From assembly GCA_024346625.1 (NCBI GenBank), contig AP024664.1, forward strand, positions 1,240,001 through 1,304,000: a stretch of 64,000 nt of DNA. The letters run 5' to 3'. Shown here piece after piece: positions 1 through 10,470 of the stretch. The notes under the pieces are model-generated. The model had not been told where the DNA came from, did not search any database, and worked only from the letters and a program-made list of their open reading frames with translations. Source of the stretch: Williopsis jadinii. Taxonomy: Eukaryota. The stretch's first letter is position 1, and each line of letters starts with the position of its first letter. A program made the translations under genes and the position numbers.

Positions 1-166
1 TGCACTCTCGACATCGCGATGCACCAGAGTATACAGCATGAGAGCTTTCTTTGAGTGGTTGTGTGAATATGCTCTCAAGTAGTATAAATAGAGCACCTTG
101 AGACCTGCTCTTCGAAACCTCTTGAGAACCCTTTCTTTTGCTGCTCAAGACAATAAAACCAGAGTC

Positions 167-1615
167 ATGCACCAGACCATTACGCTTATAGCATCATCAT
201 TAGCACTTGTATATGGAGCCAATGTAACACTGTACGATGGGGCCTTAAGTATACCAATCTATGATGAGATCAACTTCATAAGCGTTGATGTTGATATCGG
301 CAGCCCTTCTCAGAGTGTAAGACTGCTATTGGATACCGGTTCAGACATTTCATGGGTTGTAAGTCCAGAAAACCCATACTGCGAACCAGCAGTCGGGGAC
401 TCGCCAAATGACCCAAAGATTGATCCTCTAGAGTGGATAAACTGTCATAAGAATGGCTTATTTGAGTGCAAGGACAGTGCCACTTGTGAACAGACCAAGG
501 AGGAATTCACAATCAAATATGGGGATGCAACATCAGTACATGGCGTATATTCAAGCGACGTGTTCACCGTGGGTGACGGTGGAGTCCCCATTGAATACGA
601 CTTTGGCCTATCAAAGACAACAAACTCGTCGTTTGGTGTGTTTGCCCTTGGTATTCCGAGCCCAGAGCTGAAGAAGGGCATTCCAACTTACCGGCACCAA
701 AACTATGCCATGAGATTGAAAGAAGAAGGCATCATTGAAAGAGCGGTGTTCAACGTATGGCTAAACGATGGAGATGACAGCTCTGGTGAGCTGTTATTCG
801 GCGCCATCGACACGGCCAAATTCGTCCCGCCCTTGCTCTCGATGAAGTTCGTCACTGAAGATGGAGCCAACAAGCCATTACGGCGGTTTGACGTTGTGCT
901 TTCGGGCATTTCAGTGAGCAGGTACATCAACACTGAGCCAGAGGAGCTATTCAACATGGCTGAAGACTATGAGGGCCGACTGATCACCGCTCTTCCAGAC
1001 ACCGGCTCACGGATGACGTACCTGCCACAGCCGTTGTACGAGGCCATCCTGTCGCTGTTTGACGAGAGCATCCGGCTCTCAGAGAACAGATACGCCGTGG
1101 AGTGTCCAACCAACGGTACAATCTCCTTCAAGTTTGGAACATCCAGTGTAAACGTCCCCTTATCTCACTTCATCACGGACAAGAACTGGGCTCTTCCACG
1201 GCTATCAATGCACCCACAGTACGATCCGAGAAGGAAGTACTGCATGTTTGGGTTCATGCCCAGGGCTGGCGATAAGGTGGTGCTTGGCCATGCCTTCTTC
1301 AGGTCCGTATACACCGTCTTCGACCTGGATATGATGCAGCTGTTGGTGGCGCCGGCTGTTTACACTGCCAACTCCAACATCGAACTCATCACGCTGGCCA
1401 ACAACTTCATCAGCGTGCCAGACGGGGTCCTGGAGGACGGTAACCTCGCGTCGCCAGAGATGCTTGACCCGAGTGTTGATTTCATCCCAGATACGAGTTC
1501 CAGCTTCTACAAGCTTCCCTACGCCAATGGCGGCATACCATCACCACATCGTACAGGCGGTGCGCTTGGGCAGATTGCTCAACTGCTGCTGGTCGTGCTA
1601 TGGCTGTCCAGATGA
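167..1615 (+). CDS. Secreted/GPI-anchored aspartic protease (yapsin-like, peptidase A1)
   Basis: Two catalytic DTGS motifs (LLDTGS, LPDTGS), flap IKYGD, and VLGHAFFRSVYTVFDLD. Signal-like N-terminus from ATG 167, hydrophobic C-terminus, and TATAAATA at ~83. Confidence 0.9.
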   Translation: MHQTITLIASSLALVYGANVTLYDGALSIPIYDEINFISVDVDIGSPSQSVRLLLDTGSDISWVVSPENPYCEPAVGDSPNDPKIDPLEWINCHKNGLFECKDSATCEQTKEEFTIKYGDATSVHGVYSSDVFTVGDGGVPIEYDFGLSKTTNSSFGVFALGIPSPELKKGIPTYRHQNYAMRLKEEGIIERAVFNVWLNDGDDSSGELLFGAIDTAKFVPPLLSMKFVTEDGANKPLRRFDVVLSGISVSRYINTEPEELFNMAEDYEGRLITALPDTGSRMTYLPQPLYEAILSLFDESIRLSENRYAVECPTNGTISFKFGTSSVNVPLSHFITDKNWALPRLSMHPQYDPRRKYCMFGFMPRAGDKVVLGHAFFRSVYTVFDLDMMQLLVAPAVYTANSNIELITLANNFISVPDGVLEDGNLASPEMLDPSVDFIPDTSSSFYKLPYANGGIPSPHRTGGALGQIAQLLLVVLWLSR

Positions 1616-1829
1616 AGGCCGCCACGCCCGCTCTGTCCCCGTGTGCGAAGACGTAGTGATGACGGCCTGGTGATGTCCTTCCCACTGCGCAACCGGCTTT
1701 AGCCCCCCGTCCACCGTCGAGTGCAGCATCGTGTGCTGATCTTTCTCTTGTATAAAAGGAGCAGTCTGGGCTCTCTGTGTGTGTGTGTCTTGGTCTTCCT
1801 CTGTTGCTATCTGAAGGAAGAATCTGATA

Positions 1830-2636
1830 ATGAAAGCTCCAACACCACGTTGCTTGTTTGTTCGTCATGGCCAGACTGAGTGGTCCAAGTCTGGACAGTA
1901 CACCTCAGTCACTGACCTGTCGCTGACGCAGTTTGGTGTGAATCAGATGAGACGGACAGGGAAGATTCTCTTCTCCACTGAGTTCGTCAAGGCCGAGTCG
2001 CTGACGTACATCTTCACCTCTCCAAGAAAGCGTGCGTTGCAGACCGTCGAGCTGGTGCTGGAGTCGCTGACTCCGGAACAGAGAGCTTCGATTAGGATTG
2101 TTGTTGATAATGACCTCAGGGAGTTCGAGTACGGTGATTACGAAGGGTTGAAGACAGCGGATATCATCAAATTGAGGGCTTCGAGAGGCTTGGACAAGGA
2201 CAAGCCGTGGTCCATCTGGAGAGATGGATGCGAGAATGGTGAATCAACAAGGGAGGTTGGGCTGAGACTGTCCAGGGTGATTGCTCGTATTCAGAATGTC
2301 CACAGGAAGGCACTTGAGCAGGGGAAAGCTTGCGATGTGATGCTCTTTGCCCATGGCCACACGCTTCGTTACTTTGCAGGCCTATGGTTCAAACTTGGAC
2401 ACGAAGCACCAGTGGATTCGAGCTGTAAGCCGTATGTCAAGTCCTACGACGACGACACCGTTGAACCTGTGGAGATCGACAAGTACAGATACCTCTTAGA
2501 TAATCCAAACTTTTTGCTGGATGCTGGGGGTGTTGGTGTTCTCAGTTACGCTCATCATAACATTGATGAGCCTGCTCTGGACCTTGCGGGTGCCTTTGTG
2601 ATTCCACCTGATGAGGAGTCTCAACATGATGGGTAA
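1830..2636 (+). CDS. SHB17: Sedoheptulose-1,7-bisphosphatase (histidine phosphatase family)
   Basis: VRHGQTEWSKSGQYT, TSPRKRA, REFEYGDYEG, IWRDGCENGE and FAHGH match yeast Shb17. Confidence 0.92.
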   Translation: MKAPTPRCLFVRHGQTEWSKSGQYTSVTDLSLTQFGVNQMRRTGKILFSTEFVKAESLTYIFTSPRKRALQTVELVLESLTPEQRASIRIVVDNDLREFEYGDYEGLKTADIIKLRASRGLDKDKPWSIWRDGCENGESTREVGLRLSRVIARIQNVHRKALEQGKACDVMLFAHGHTLRYFAGLWFKLGHEAPVDSSCKPYVKSYDDDTVEPVEIDKYRYLLDNPNFLLDAGGVGVLSYAHHNIDEPALDLAGAFVIPPDEESQHDG

Positions 2637-2728
2637 GGAACACACATGGCTTTATAGGGTGGTCAATACAGGGCGCTTTAGATGACTTCATAAAGCGACG
2701 TAAACCATTGTAACTATTATATATGTGA

Positions 2729-3997
2729 TTATATATCCATGTGGTTCAACTGATGGAGCAGCTCTGACTGTTCGTACGATAGCACCCTCCTGCTTCTTCT
2801 CTTGCCCTTTACACCCTGTGCATGGTCCGCAACGGAGCCGTACTTGAACATAGATGATGGAGATTCAGGGCCTTCACTGGTAGGCTCATCATCAATCTTC
2901 GGACACAGTTCACCCGTGGGTGATCCAAAAGAGACGTATCCTGCTCTCTCGTTGTCTGCCAGAACTGGTGATACCAATGAGGTGTGTTCACTTATGAAGT
3001 TTGACTCCTTCGCATCAGAATGGTCTTCAAGTCTCCAACTGAGTAGTGAAACACCGAATAACACCATCATTGTGCCCAGCACGATCATCATAATCTCTGT
3101 CTTCGATAGCAGTTGGAAGCTGTTGTAGAACACCAGCCCATTGATGATGTTTGTCACGTTATATATGCAAAAGACCAGAGGATAGAGGACTGACGTGGAA
3201 ACAAACCTCAGCCCCTTGTTAAGAAATATAAGCTGTGTTATTGCCAGTATGAAGAACGACGCAATGATGATCCAGCACTCCACACTTTGGAAGCTTGTAT
3301 AGTTCGACCTCACAACGGCGTTCAGTATGAGTTCGACAGCAGACTTGGCCAGTAGCAACGAGTGTGCAGAGAGTGTTCCACTTACAACACCATAAAGACA
3401 ACCTTTAATGAATCTGAACTTCTCTGAGGACAGCACTAACACACCAATGACGGACTGTGGTAGATGATCAACGTCGTATTGTTTCTTTTCTATCAGCCTG
3501 ACAACGTTGATCCACGCCAGAATTAGAACAATGGCTGTGCAACTGAGCAATATCCAGCAAACAAACGAGCCTCTTCCCATCAGTTGCAACAGTTCATCCA
3601 ATGAATGGTTTGGCTCCTCCATGCTGCCAAACCACGCTATTACCAAGGCACCCACAGCAACAAACACCGTGCCTGATATCGAGTAGGGCGTGAACCCTTC
3701 GTTCAGTATCGTGGCAGAGCAAACAGAGTTGAACACGAGGCCCACAGCCTGGAGAGGACTCAGTATGATCAACGGCAGCGTCGTGATCTGTATGCTGGAA
3801 CCCAGCAGGTTTGCAATGAGAAACAGTAGAAAACCAAACCTCCATAACGGCCTCTGGTACGGTGGTCTTCGAGAGTCAGCTGAGGTGATGAGGTCTTCTT
3901 GAATGTGCGATTTCCTCTGTAGTGTAAGGCCAACGCTCTGCGTCGCTGATGAAACCACACCCACAACTGTGCCAATAACTATCTTCTTGGGTAGCAT
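2729..3997 (-). CDS. NIPA-family (Mg2+ transporter-like) membrane protein
   Basis: GLTLQRKSH, PYQRPLW, LPLIILSPLQAVGLVFN and QLIFLNKGL; multiple TM segments. Confidence 0.8.
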   Translation of the reverse strand: MLPKKIVIGTVVGVVSSATQSVGLTLQRKSHIQEDLITSADSRRPPYQRPLWRFGFLLFLIANLLGSSIQITTLPLIILSPLQAVGLVFNSVCSATILNEGFTPYSISGTVFVAVGALVIAWFGSMEEPNHSLDELLQLMGRGSFVCWILLSCTAIVLILAWINVVRLIEKKQYDVDHLPQSVIGVLVLSSEKFRFIKGCLYGVVSGTLSAHSLLLAKSAVELILNAVVRSNYTSFQSVECWIIIASFFILAITQLIFLNKGLRFVSTSVLYPLVFCIYNVTNIINGLVFYNSFQLLSKTEIMMIVLGTMMVLFGVSLLSWRLEDHSDAKESNFISEHTSLVSPVLADNERAGYVSFGSPTGELCPKIDDEPTSEGPESPSSMFKYGSVADHAQGVKGKRRSRRVLSYEQSELLHQLNHMDI

Positions 3998-4322
3998 GCG
4001 GCGGAGTGCACTCTTCTGCTTGCTGGTCCCTCTTGATACTGCAAATGACTATGGGTTCCAGGCAATACTCAGAGGAGAAATCGTTTAATTGTGACAAGAG
4101 ATGAATTCGAGAAAGCCCTTCATTGGAGAGCGGGCCAGGCTTGCTGTGCAGCCATGAAACACAGTAACCAAGGCAACTGGAAAATAAATATGTGAAATGT
4201 CCGAAAGCGGGAATTTACCGGAATGGGCTCTACAGGTGTGAAGCTAGTTAGTTATTGTATGATACAATGCGTGGGTTGCACTGTACGTCGACGGGTCCAG
4301 TTGTGTCTGAGAGACGTGATCA

Positions 4323-5748
4323 TTAGTATCTAACTTCGTACGAGCCACCTTGTGCGATGTATCTTATCCATTTGATTGTGTTGTACTGTGCTCTTTCCTG
4401 GACTTTCAGGAAACGTACAACGAGTCCTGATGAGCTGAACATCAGCAGTTCGAAATTCAGAGTGATCGGGGCCCTCGATAGGGAGTTTTGATAATAGTTG
4501 TTTCTATCCGAGTACGACGACTGTGCGAGTGTGACTGTTGCCGTGAGGGAGTGCTCAGTTAAGCCGGAGAATTTGGAGAACTTCCAAAGAATGCATCCTT
4601 CCTCAGCAGAGAACTTGGACTTACCACCTGACTGTGCAAAATCCACCTTTATTGTTGTTGAAGTTGTTGGTATCTTTACAACGACGCCAGTGGCTATGAG
4701 TTTCTCTGGGAATAAAGATTTCAGACTGAGTCTTATTTCGTATTTGTCCAGCCCAATTTCAGAAACCAACGGTGTCAACTTGAAGGGCAAATTCAGGTTC
4801 TCGGATGTTCTATATCTCATCAGCTCGAATTCCCCATCAGGTGGTATAAATTTGATCACCCTTTCACTGTCAAACTTGTCAAGCTGAACACACTGATGGA
4901 ATTTACAATCCTCCAGTATCACACTCCCGGCAGCTGCCTTGGGAATGGCGTTTTTGTTCTTCACGTCATACTCACTCAAGAAGTCTGCTTCCTCGTTGTT
5001 CAAACTTAGCGAGTCGTTCAATCCAAACTTACAAACGGGCATACCTGATAAATGTGTCTTCATGTCGATATGGCCATTAATATAGGATTTGATGATACGA
5101 CCGTCGTGCGATATCAGAACGTTAACCTTTTCATAAACGTCAAGATATATCTCGTTCTTTCTGTATTTGATGCCGAGCTTACGCCATGGCACGTCGGAAT
5201 TGACGAGATCTGGGGTTGAAGTACTCTTTGCCAATATCGGTTTGATCATCTGTTTTGAGGAACCGTTTCCATTGGTAACTATTGGAATGATCTGTTTTAA
5301 ATGGTTGATGTCCATCGACTGTGGGTATCCACAGTCCAGCACTTCATCCAGGAGATCATATATCGTTGAAAAGTTATCCAGCACAGACTCCTCGTCCAGG
5401 CTGCCCAGGTACTGCTCCAGCAGCTGGGTAAACGACAACAGGAACTCGAATATCACCGACGCATCGGTATTTGACCGGGTCACCGCAACGACCCATAGGT
5501 TATTGTGCTTCGTGTGAAGGAACGACGTCGATCCAAGCGTCAATACAGGAGAGCGTAGCTAGGTCCCGGTTAGTGTGTCGGTCTCACAAATAAGACATCT
5601 CGCAAAGCACATATACACAACATACATCAAGGTTAGAGATCACCTGGACACGGAACACATCCGCTATGTTCCTCTTGATGCCGTCTCTGAACAGCCTCGA
5701 GATCAAGATGTCTCCGCGCTGCGAGAATATGAACAGTGCATTGATCAT
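4323..5748 (-). CDS. APM4: AP-2 adaptor complex mu subunit; one intron (5559-5625)
   Basis: Exon 1 (5748-5626) reads MINALFIFSQRGDILISRLFRDGIKRNIADVFRVQVISNLD. The intron is GTATGT...CACTAAC...TAG. Exon 2 continues in frame as LRSPVLTLGSTSF. Also PWRKLGIKYRKNEIYLDV and FIPPDGEFELMRY. Confidence 0.92.
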
Positions 5749-6295
5749 GGCCTCCAGATCACTCAGTGTCGTCGCAGTCGTACTTCGCCCTGTGAATCCT
5801 CCTGGTGATCAACAGCAGTGGGCGTATATTCCTTTGTATTGTGCAAGTTCATCCGAGAGCACCGGGCAGCGGGACGACAACAGATAAATAAAGATAAACA
5901 TCCGAAACAGGCAATTCTCCTCATTTGGCACTTGGTAAGGGCCACGCCATATATACCACCACATACACCTGCTCTACCAAGTGGAATGCCTCTCTCTCTC
6001 TCATTGAGCAATTGTAGCCTTGTTCTACCACACGTTGCACCGCCAATTGGATGCCTCCTCGGTGGAATAAGTGAACAGCCCGCTCATACAATCAGCTCTG
6101 CTGTTCTACTACAAGCAGTGGAGAAAGTAGTGTAGTACCATGTGCTTTTCTCCGGTGCGCCAGCTCAAAATTTTTTCTCTTCTCTTTAAGTCCACCAGAG
6201 CTCTGCCTCCTAGCTACGTCTCATCGCTCTCTCGGTGTGTGGATATAGCGGTGTTGGAAGAACATTTGGGTGTAGCCTTCATCGAGTACTAGAAG

Positions 6296-7594
6296 ATGGT
6301 GCATGACATCGTGGTGTTCTCTGGTTCGTCTCACCCGGAGCTGACAGAGCATATCTGTCACAACTTGTCGCTGGAACAAGGCCGCATCAAGCTGGGGAAG
6401 TTCTCCAATGGTGAGACGTCCATCAGTGTGAACGAGTCTGTTCGAGAGAAGGACGTGTATGTGATACAGTCGGGCTGCGGACATGTCAACGACAACTTTA
6501 TGGAGCTGCTGGTGATTTTGAGTGCTTGCAAGACTGCCTCTGCTAAAAGAGTCACTGCTGTGATTCCTCTGTTTCCTTATTCGAGACAGCCTGATATTCC
6601 ATACACGAAGAAGGGCGCGCCGCTGGTGTCCAAGCCGAAGAAGGAGTACACGTTTGATAGTGTTCCTAACACTCCCAGATCTTTGTCAAAGGACCCTACA
6701 TTTGAGCGTCTTCCAGCAAAGTCTGCGCCAAACCCTCTCGAGGCGTCTCCATCTTCCAGAATCCCTCGTATCCCGCTGAAGATTACCAACGAGAACGAGG
6801 AAAATAACGATAACCCAGGTACTATCAACTCCGGATATAAGCAGTGGGTTGCACAGTGTGGTACGCTTGTTGCCAACTTGTTGACCACTGCTGGTGCAGA
6901 CCACATCATCACCATGGATCTTCACGATCCCCAATTCCAAGGGTTCTTTGACATCCCCGTGGATAACCTGTACTCAAAGCCTATCTTGCAGCATTATATC
7001 ACTTCAAGAATTCCAAATTATAAAGACTGTGTCATGGTATCCCCAGATGCAGGTGGTGCTAAGCGTGCTACTGCGATTGCGGATGCGTTGAGAATGCCAT
7101 TCGCCTTGATTCACAAGGAGAGACGTTTGCATCAACCTGTATCAACTCCACCGGCAGTGACAGGCGAAGCTTGTGCTTATCCAATGTCGCACAACTCTCC
7201 AAGTGATCTGTCGGTAAATTTGGAGAAGAAGTTGAAGTATGCAACAACGATGCTTGTTGGTGACGTTAAGGGTAAAGAGTGCATCCTGGTTGACGATTTG
7301 GTTGACACCTCGTATACGATCACCAGAGCTGCAAAATTGTTGAAGGCTCAAGGTGCTACCAAGGTCTACGCATTAATTACACATGCAATCTTCTCAGGTG
7401 ATGCTATCAACAGAGTGAAAGCTTCAGCCATCGATAGAATTGTTGTGACGAACTCTGTGCCACAGGATGAACACGTGAAACTTTTGGGTGATAAGCTAGA
7501 AGTGTTGGACGTTTCTCGTGTCTTTGGTGAAGCCATCAGAAGAATTCACAACGGTGAATCTGTTAGTATGCTCTTTGACCATGGTTGGCCATAA
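6296..7594 (+). CDS. PRS5: Ribose-phosphate pyrophosphokinase subunit with two insertions
   Basis: [27 protein letters not shown] and ILVDDLVDT; insertion pattern typical of Prs5. Confidence 0.9.
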   Translation: MVHDIVVFSGSSHPELTEHICHNLSLEQGRIKLGKFSNGETSISVNESVREKDVYVIQSGCGHVNDNFMELLVILSACKTASAKRVTAVIPLFPYSRQPDIPYTKKGAPLVSKPKKEYTFDSVPNTPRSLSKDPTFERLPAKSAPNPLEASPSSRIPRIPLKITNENEENNDNPGTINSGYKQWVAQCGTLVANLLTTAGADHIITMDLHDPQFQGFFDIPVDNLYSKPILQHYITSRIPNYKDCVMVSPDAGGAKRATAIADALRMPFALIHKERRLHQPVSTPPAVTGEACAYPMSHNSPSDLSVNLEKKLKYATTMLVGDVKGKECILVDDLVDTSYTITRAAKLLKAQGATKVYALITHAIFSGDAINRVKASAIDRIVVTNSVPQDEHVKLLGDKLEVLDVSRVFGEAIRRIHNGESVSMLFDHGWP

Positions 7595-7701
7595 ACTACA
7601 CGTTGGTCTTTAATTGAATAATACTATGATACACATTTCCATTTTGTTTGTTCTGTTAAAAACCTTTATATAACCTTTCCTTCTTCTGAATGTATAACAC
7701 T

Positions 7702-8939
7702 TCAGTCCAATGCATACTCATTCACTAGAACACACTCACCTCCATTTTGAGGTATGGTATAAGTGTACAGAGATCCATCGGAGCTTGCAACAACAACGTC
7801 TTTCGAGCTGAACCCTACAGTCGACTTTTTCTGCTTCTGATGGTTTGGGACTTTGAGATAAGCAAAATCTCTCTGCGGTTCCAGCATCGAAGTGATATTC
7901 TTTGGTAGATTCCTTAGCACTCTATCTGTAATTGACGGCTGTCTCTTTCGTTCCGGTTCTGAGTGTAATGGGCCTGGTCTTGGTAAGATATTTGGTTCAG
8001 CAGCATCGTTCTCATCGTCCTGCTCATCATCGCTATTATTACTCTGATTAGTACCTTCCTTGATGTGGACTTTGAAGATATGGACCGTTTCTGTATCTGA
8101 GGTCACAGCCAATAGTTTGGAGCCTAAGTCGAACGCCATGTTTTGAATTGTTGCCGGATACGATCCACGTCTAAACTGTGCAACCTTTTCTCCTGTTAGC
8201 GTTGAGAATACCCTGATGATTGTTCCCTTCACTGAAGCAGTTGCAAATAGAGTCCCGTTAGAATTGAGAGAAAGTGTAACCAATTCGGCCTTATGGGCTT
8301 TGACAATGTTCAAAGGTGCAATGTTCAATCCGTCAAAGAGCACAACAGTACCAACTTCGGAGCCTGGATCCTTCGAGCCAGAGTCGGTATTAAAAGGTGA
8401 AGCAACGTTTGGTCCTGGCGCAGGGTAAATGAGTATAGAATCGTCATTTGAGCTCAGATCACAGAGCGCCTTTGGATTTGGCGAAGTTTCAATGGTGTGT
8501 AACAACTTCATACAGCTTATATCATAGATATAGATCTGGTCGATCAGCACCGCTACTAGTCTCTTTCGGTTCAGCTTCACGGACAACACGGCGGTTGGGA
8601 ATGTGAGTTCGCAGATGTTTGACTTCTTCTTGGTGTTCAAAATCCTCAACCTCCTTGGGCTTGAAGAAGGACCACTGCCTGACCCTACAGCGGCAACCAA
8701 TGACGTGGAAAACAGCATTTGTGAGACGTTCACGCCCTCATCTAAAGCATAACATGTTAGTTACCAAGCATTCTCACACAATTCCATGGGAAATACGGTC
8801 ACAATGACCATCACGAACCTAGTTCAAAGCACTCTCCAAAGGGGTCCACGTTGAATATCTTGAAGGAGGACTCACTTCCAACCGCGACACACGAGTAATC
8901 TTGGTTGAAAGTGATTGAGAAACTCTTCGACGACGACAT
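7702..8939 (-). CDS. ATG21: PROPPIN WD40 autophagy protein (Atg21/Atg18 family); one intron (8742-8818)
   Basis: Exon 1 MSSSKSFSITFNQDYSCVAVG...FNVDPFGECFEL. The intron is GTTCGT...TAACTAAC...TAG. Exon 2 DEGVNVSQMLFSTSL. FRRG phosphoinositide motif. Short length favours Atg21 over Atg18. Confidence 0.75.
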
Positions 8940-9639
8940 GCCGATCGATTTACGCCTTCTTCGTCTACTGAACTGCTTCTTATCTGTACAGCGCGGCGGC
9001 TTCGCTATTGTTGTTCTGTCCCTGTATGTTTTTTGAACGGCTTCCTATGTTGTTTCCCAGGTTAATTTTCTCACCAGTCTCATATGATGCACACAGTACA
9101 CCGTTTTGAGGGCAGCCCACCGGCTCTCTCTATGCCGGACACCAGTGGTTCCGTGTTTTCATCCTGGAAATGGTTCGATCATCAATTGATGTCTACTACA
9201 AGTGGGAGCCTACGTGCTGAAACACAGCTGTGCTGAACTGTGCCAGAGGGCATAGCTGGCTTAACGTTTTGATGATTACGTAATCTGTTTTCGAGGGACC
9301 GTCCAAGCTCTGGCGTAAGGGCTCGTTGTAGTTCATTGAAAGGTTCTGGGTGGAAATGACCAGGTATACGAGCTGTCTCTGGAGAGCTGGCACATGTTTG
9401 GCTGGACATCATGGAAACAGCACTGGGCTTAGAGGTGTTTGGGTGTTGTAGTGGTACCGTTTCCCATCCCATGACGTAACGGTTCTTGCCGGTTTTTACG
9501 GCGTTTACCGGAGATCCATTATTTCCCCTGTGCCAGTTGCAACTTTTATTGCTGGGTAACAGCTCGAGCATTGTTGTTGTTAAAAGCATAGCAGAAGGCC
9601 AATTCGAAAGAGAGAAAAGGCGACAAGTGCGACACGATC

Positions 9640-10172
9640 ATGGGCTGGTTCAATTCAGGAAAGAAAGAGGAAGAAAAGGTCACCAGCGGATCAAATACCC
9701 TCGCAGATGGGGTAGTGGTTTCTGTACAGGACGTCCCAGCAACGGTTGATAAATTTGTCGCTGAGAGTCCACTGTCGGTGTATCTCATCGACGGGTAAGT
9801 GTTTCTTTTGTTGCTGTTCTCGTGCTTTTTGAGAGAGAAGATGATTCGATTCTAACTACAATCACAGTGAGAGAGAAGCTGATAGAAGCATTATATGTAG
9901 GGCTAATGAGAACGGTGGACAGACGTAAGTTGTAACTACATTGGACCGTCTGGTGCCTCTACTAACACTCCGATGCAAATGAAAAGCTGTCTGAACCTGA
10001 GTATTAACGGTATAACGCTGTTCAAGACTATGCAAGGGAAAGTATGTTGTCACACTTTTATCAGGGCTGCCTTGCTGCGACTTCTGGTACTAACTCGATA
10101 CTTTAGAACTACTTCTGTTCCCTCCCACCGGACATTGGAGCAACTCACTTTGAGTGCAGAAAGATCACATAG
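9640..10172 (+). CDS. Uncharacterised 110-aa protein, 4 exons (9640-9794, 9868-9924, 9987-10041, 10107-10172)
   Basis: Three introns: GTAAGT/TTCTAAC/CAG, GTAAGT/TACTAAC/AAG and GTATGT/TACTAAC/TAG. The spliced frame is open for 333 nt and ends in TAG. Confidence 0.8.
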
Positions 10173-10470
10173 TTTACAATATTTATTCGCCACTACAGGA
10201 ATGCCATTATCCATATACCACATTTATAAGCTAATTGAAGACGGATATACAGGTGTTTGTATCACAATCGTTTCCATCAATGTAGTTTGTATAGCTCATT
10301 AGATCTATAGTATCTGCCATTTGATGTACGGTCATCTGTGTTTGTGTGTGGTGTTTTTTTTTGCCGAGTCCCACAACAAACGTCCTAAATAAACAAGCAA
10401 AAGTCCCCAGCAAGAAGACGGTCTTCTCCTACAAATCAGGCCTATAAGAAGGGATTTGTTCTTTCCGAAG

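Noticed and set aside
9640..9794. First exon initially looked glutaredoxin-like
   Set aside because: The spliced product has no CxxC/CxxS active site or TVP motif in frame.
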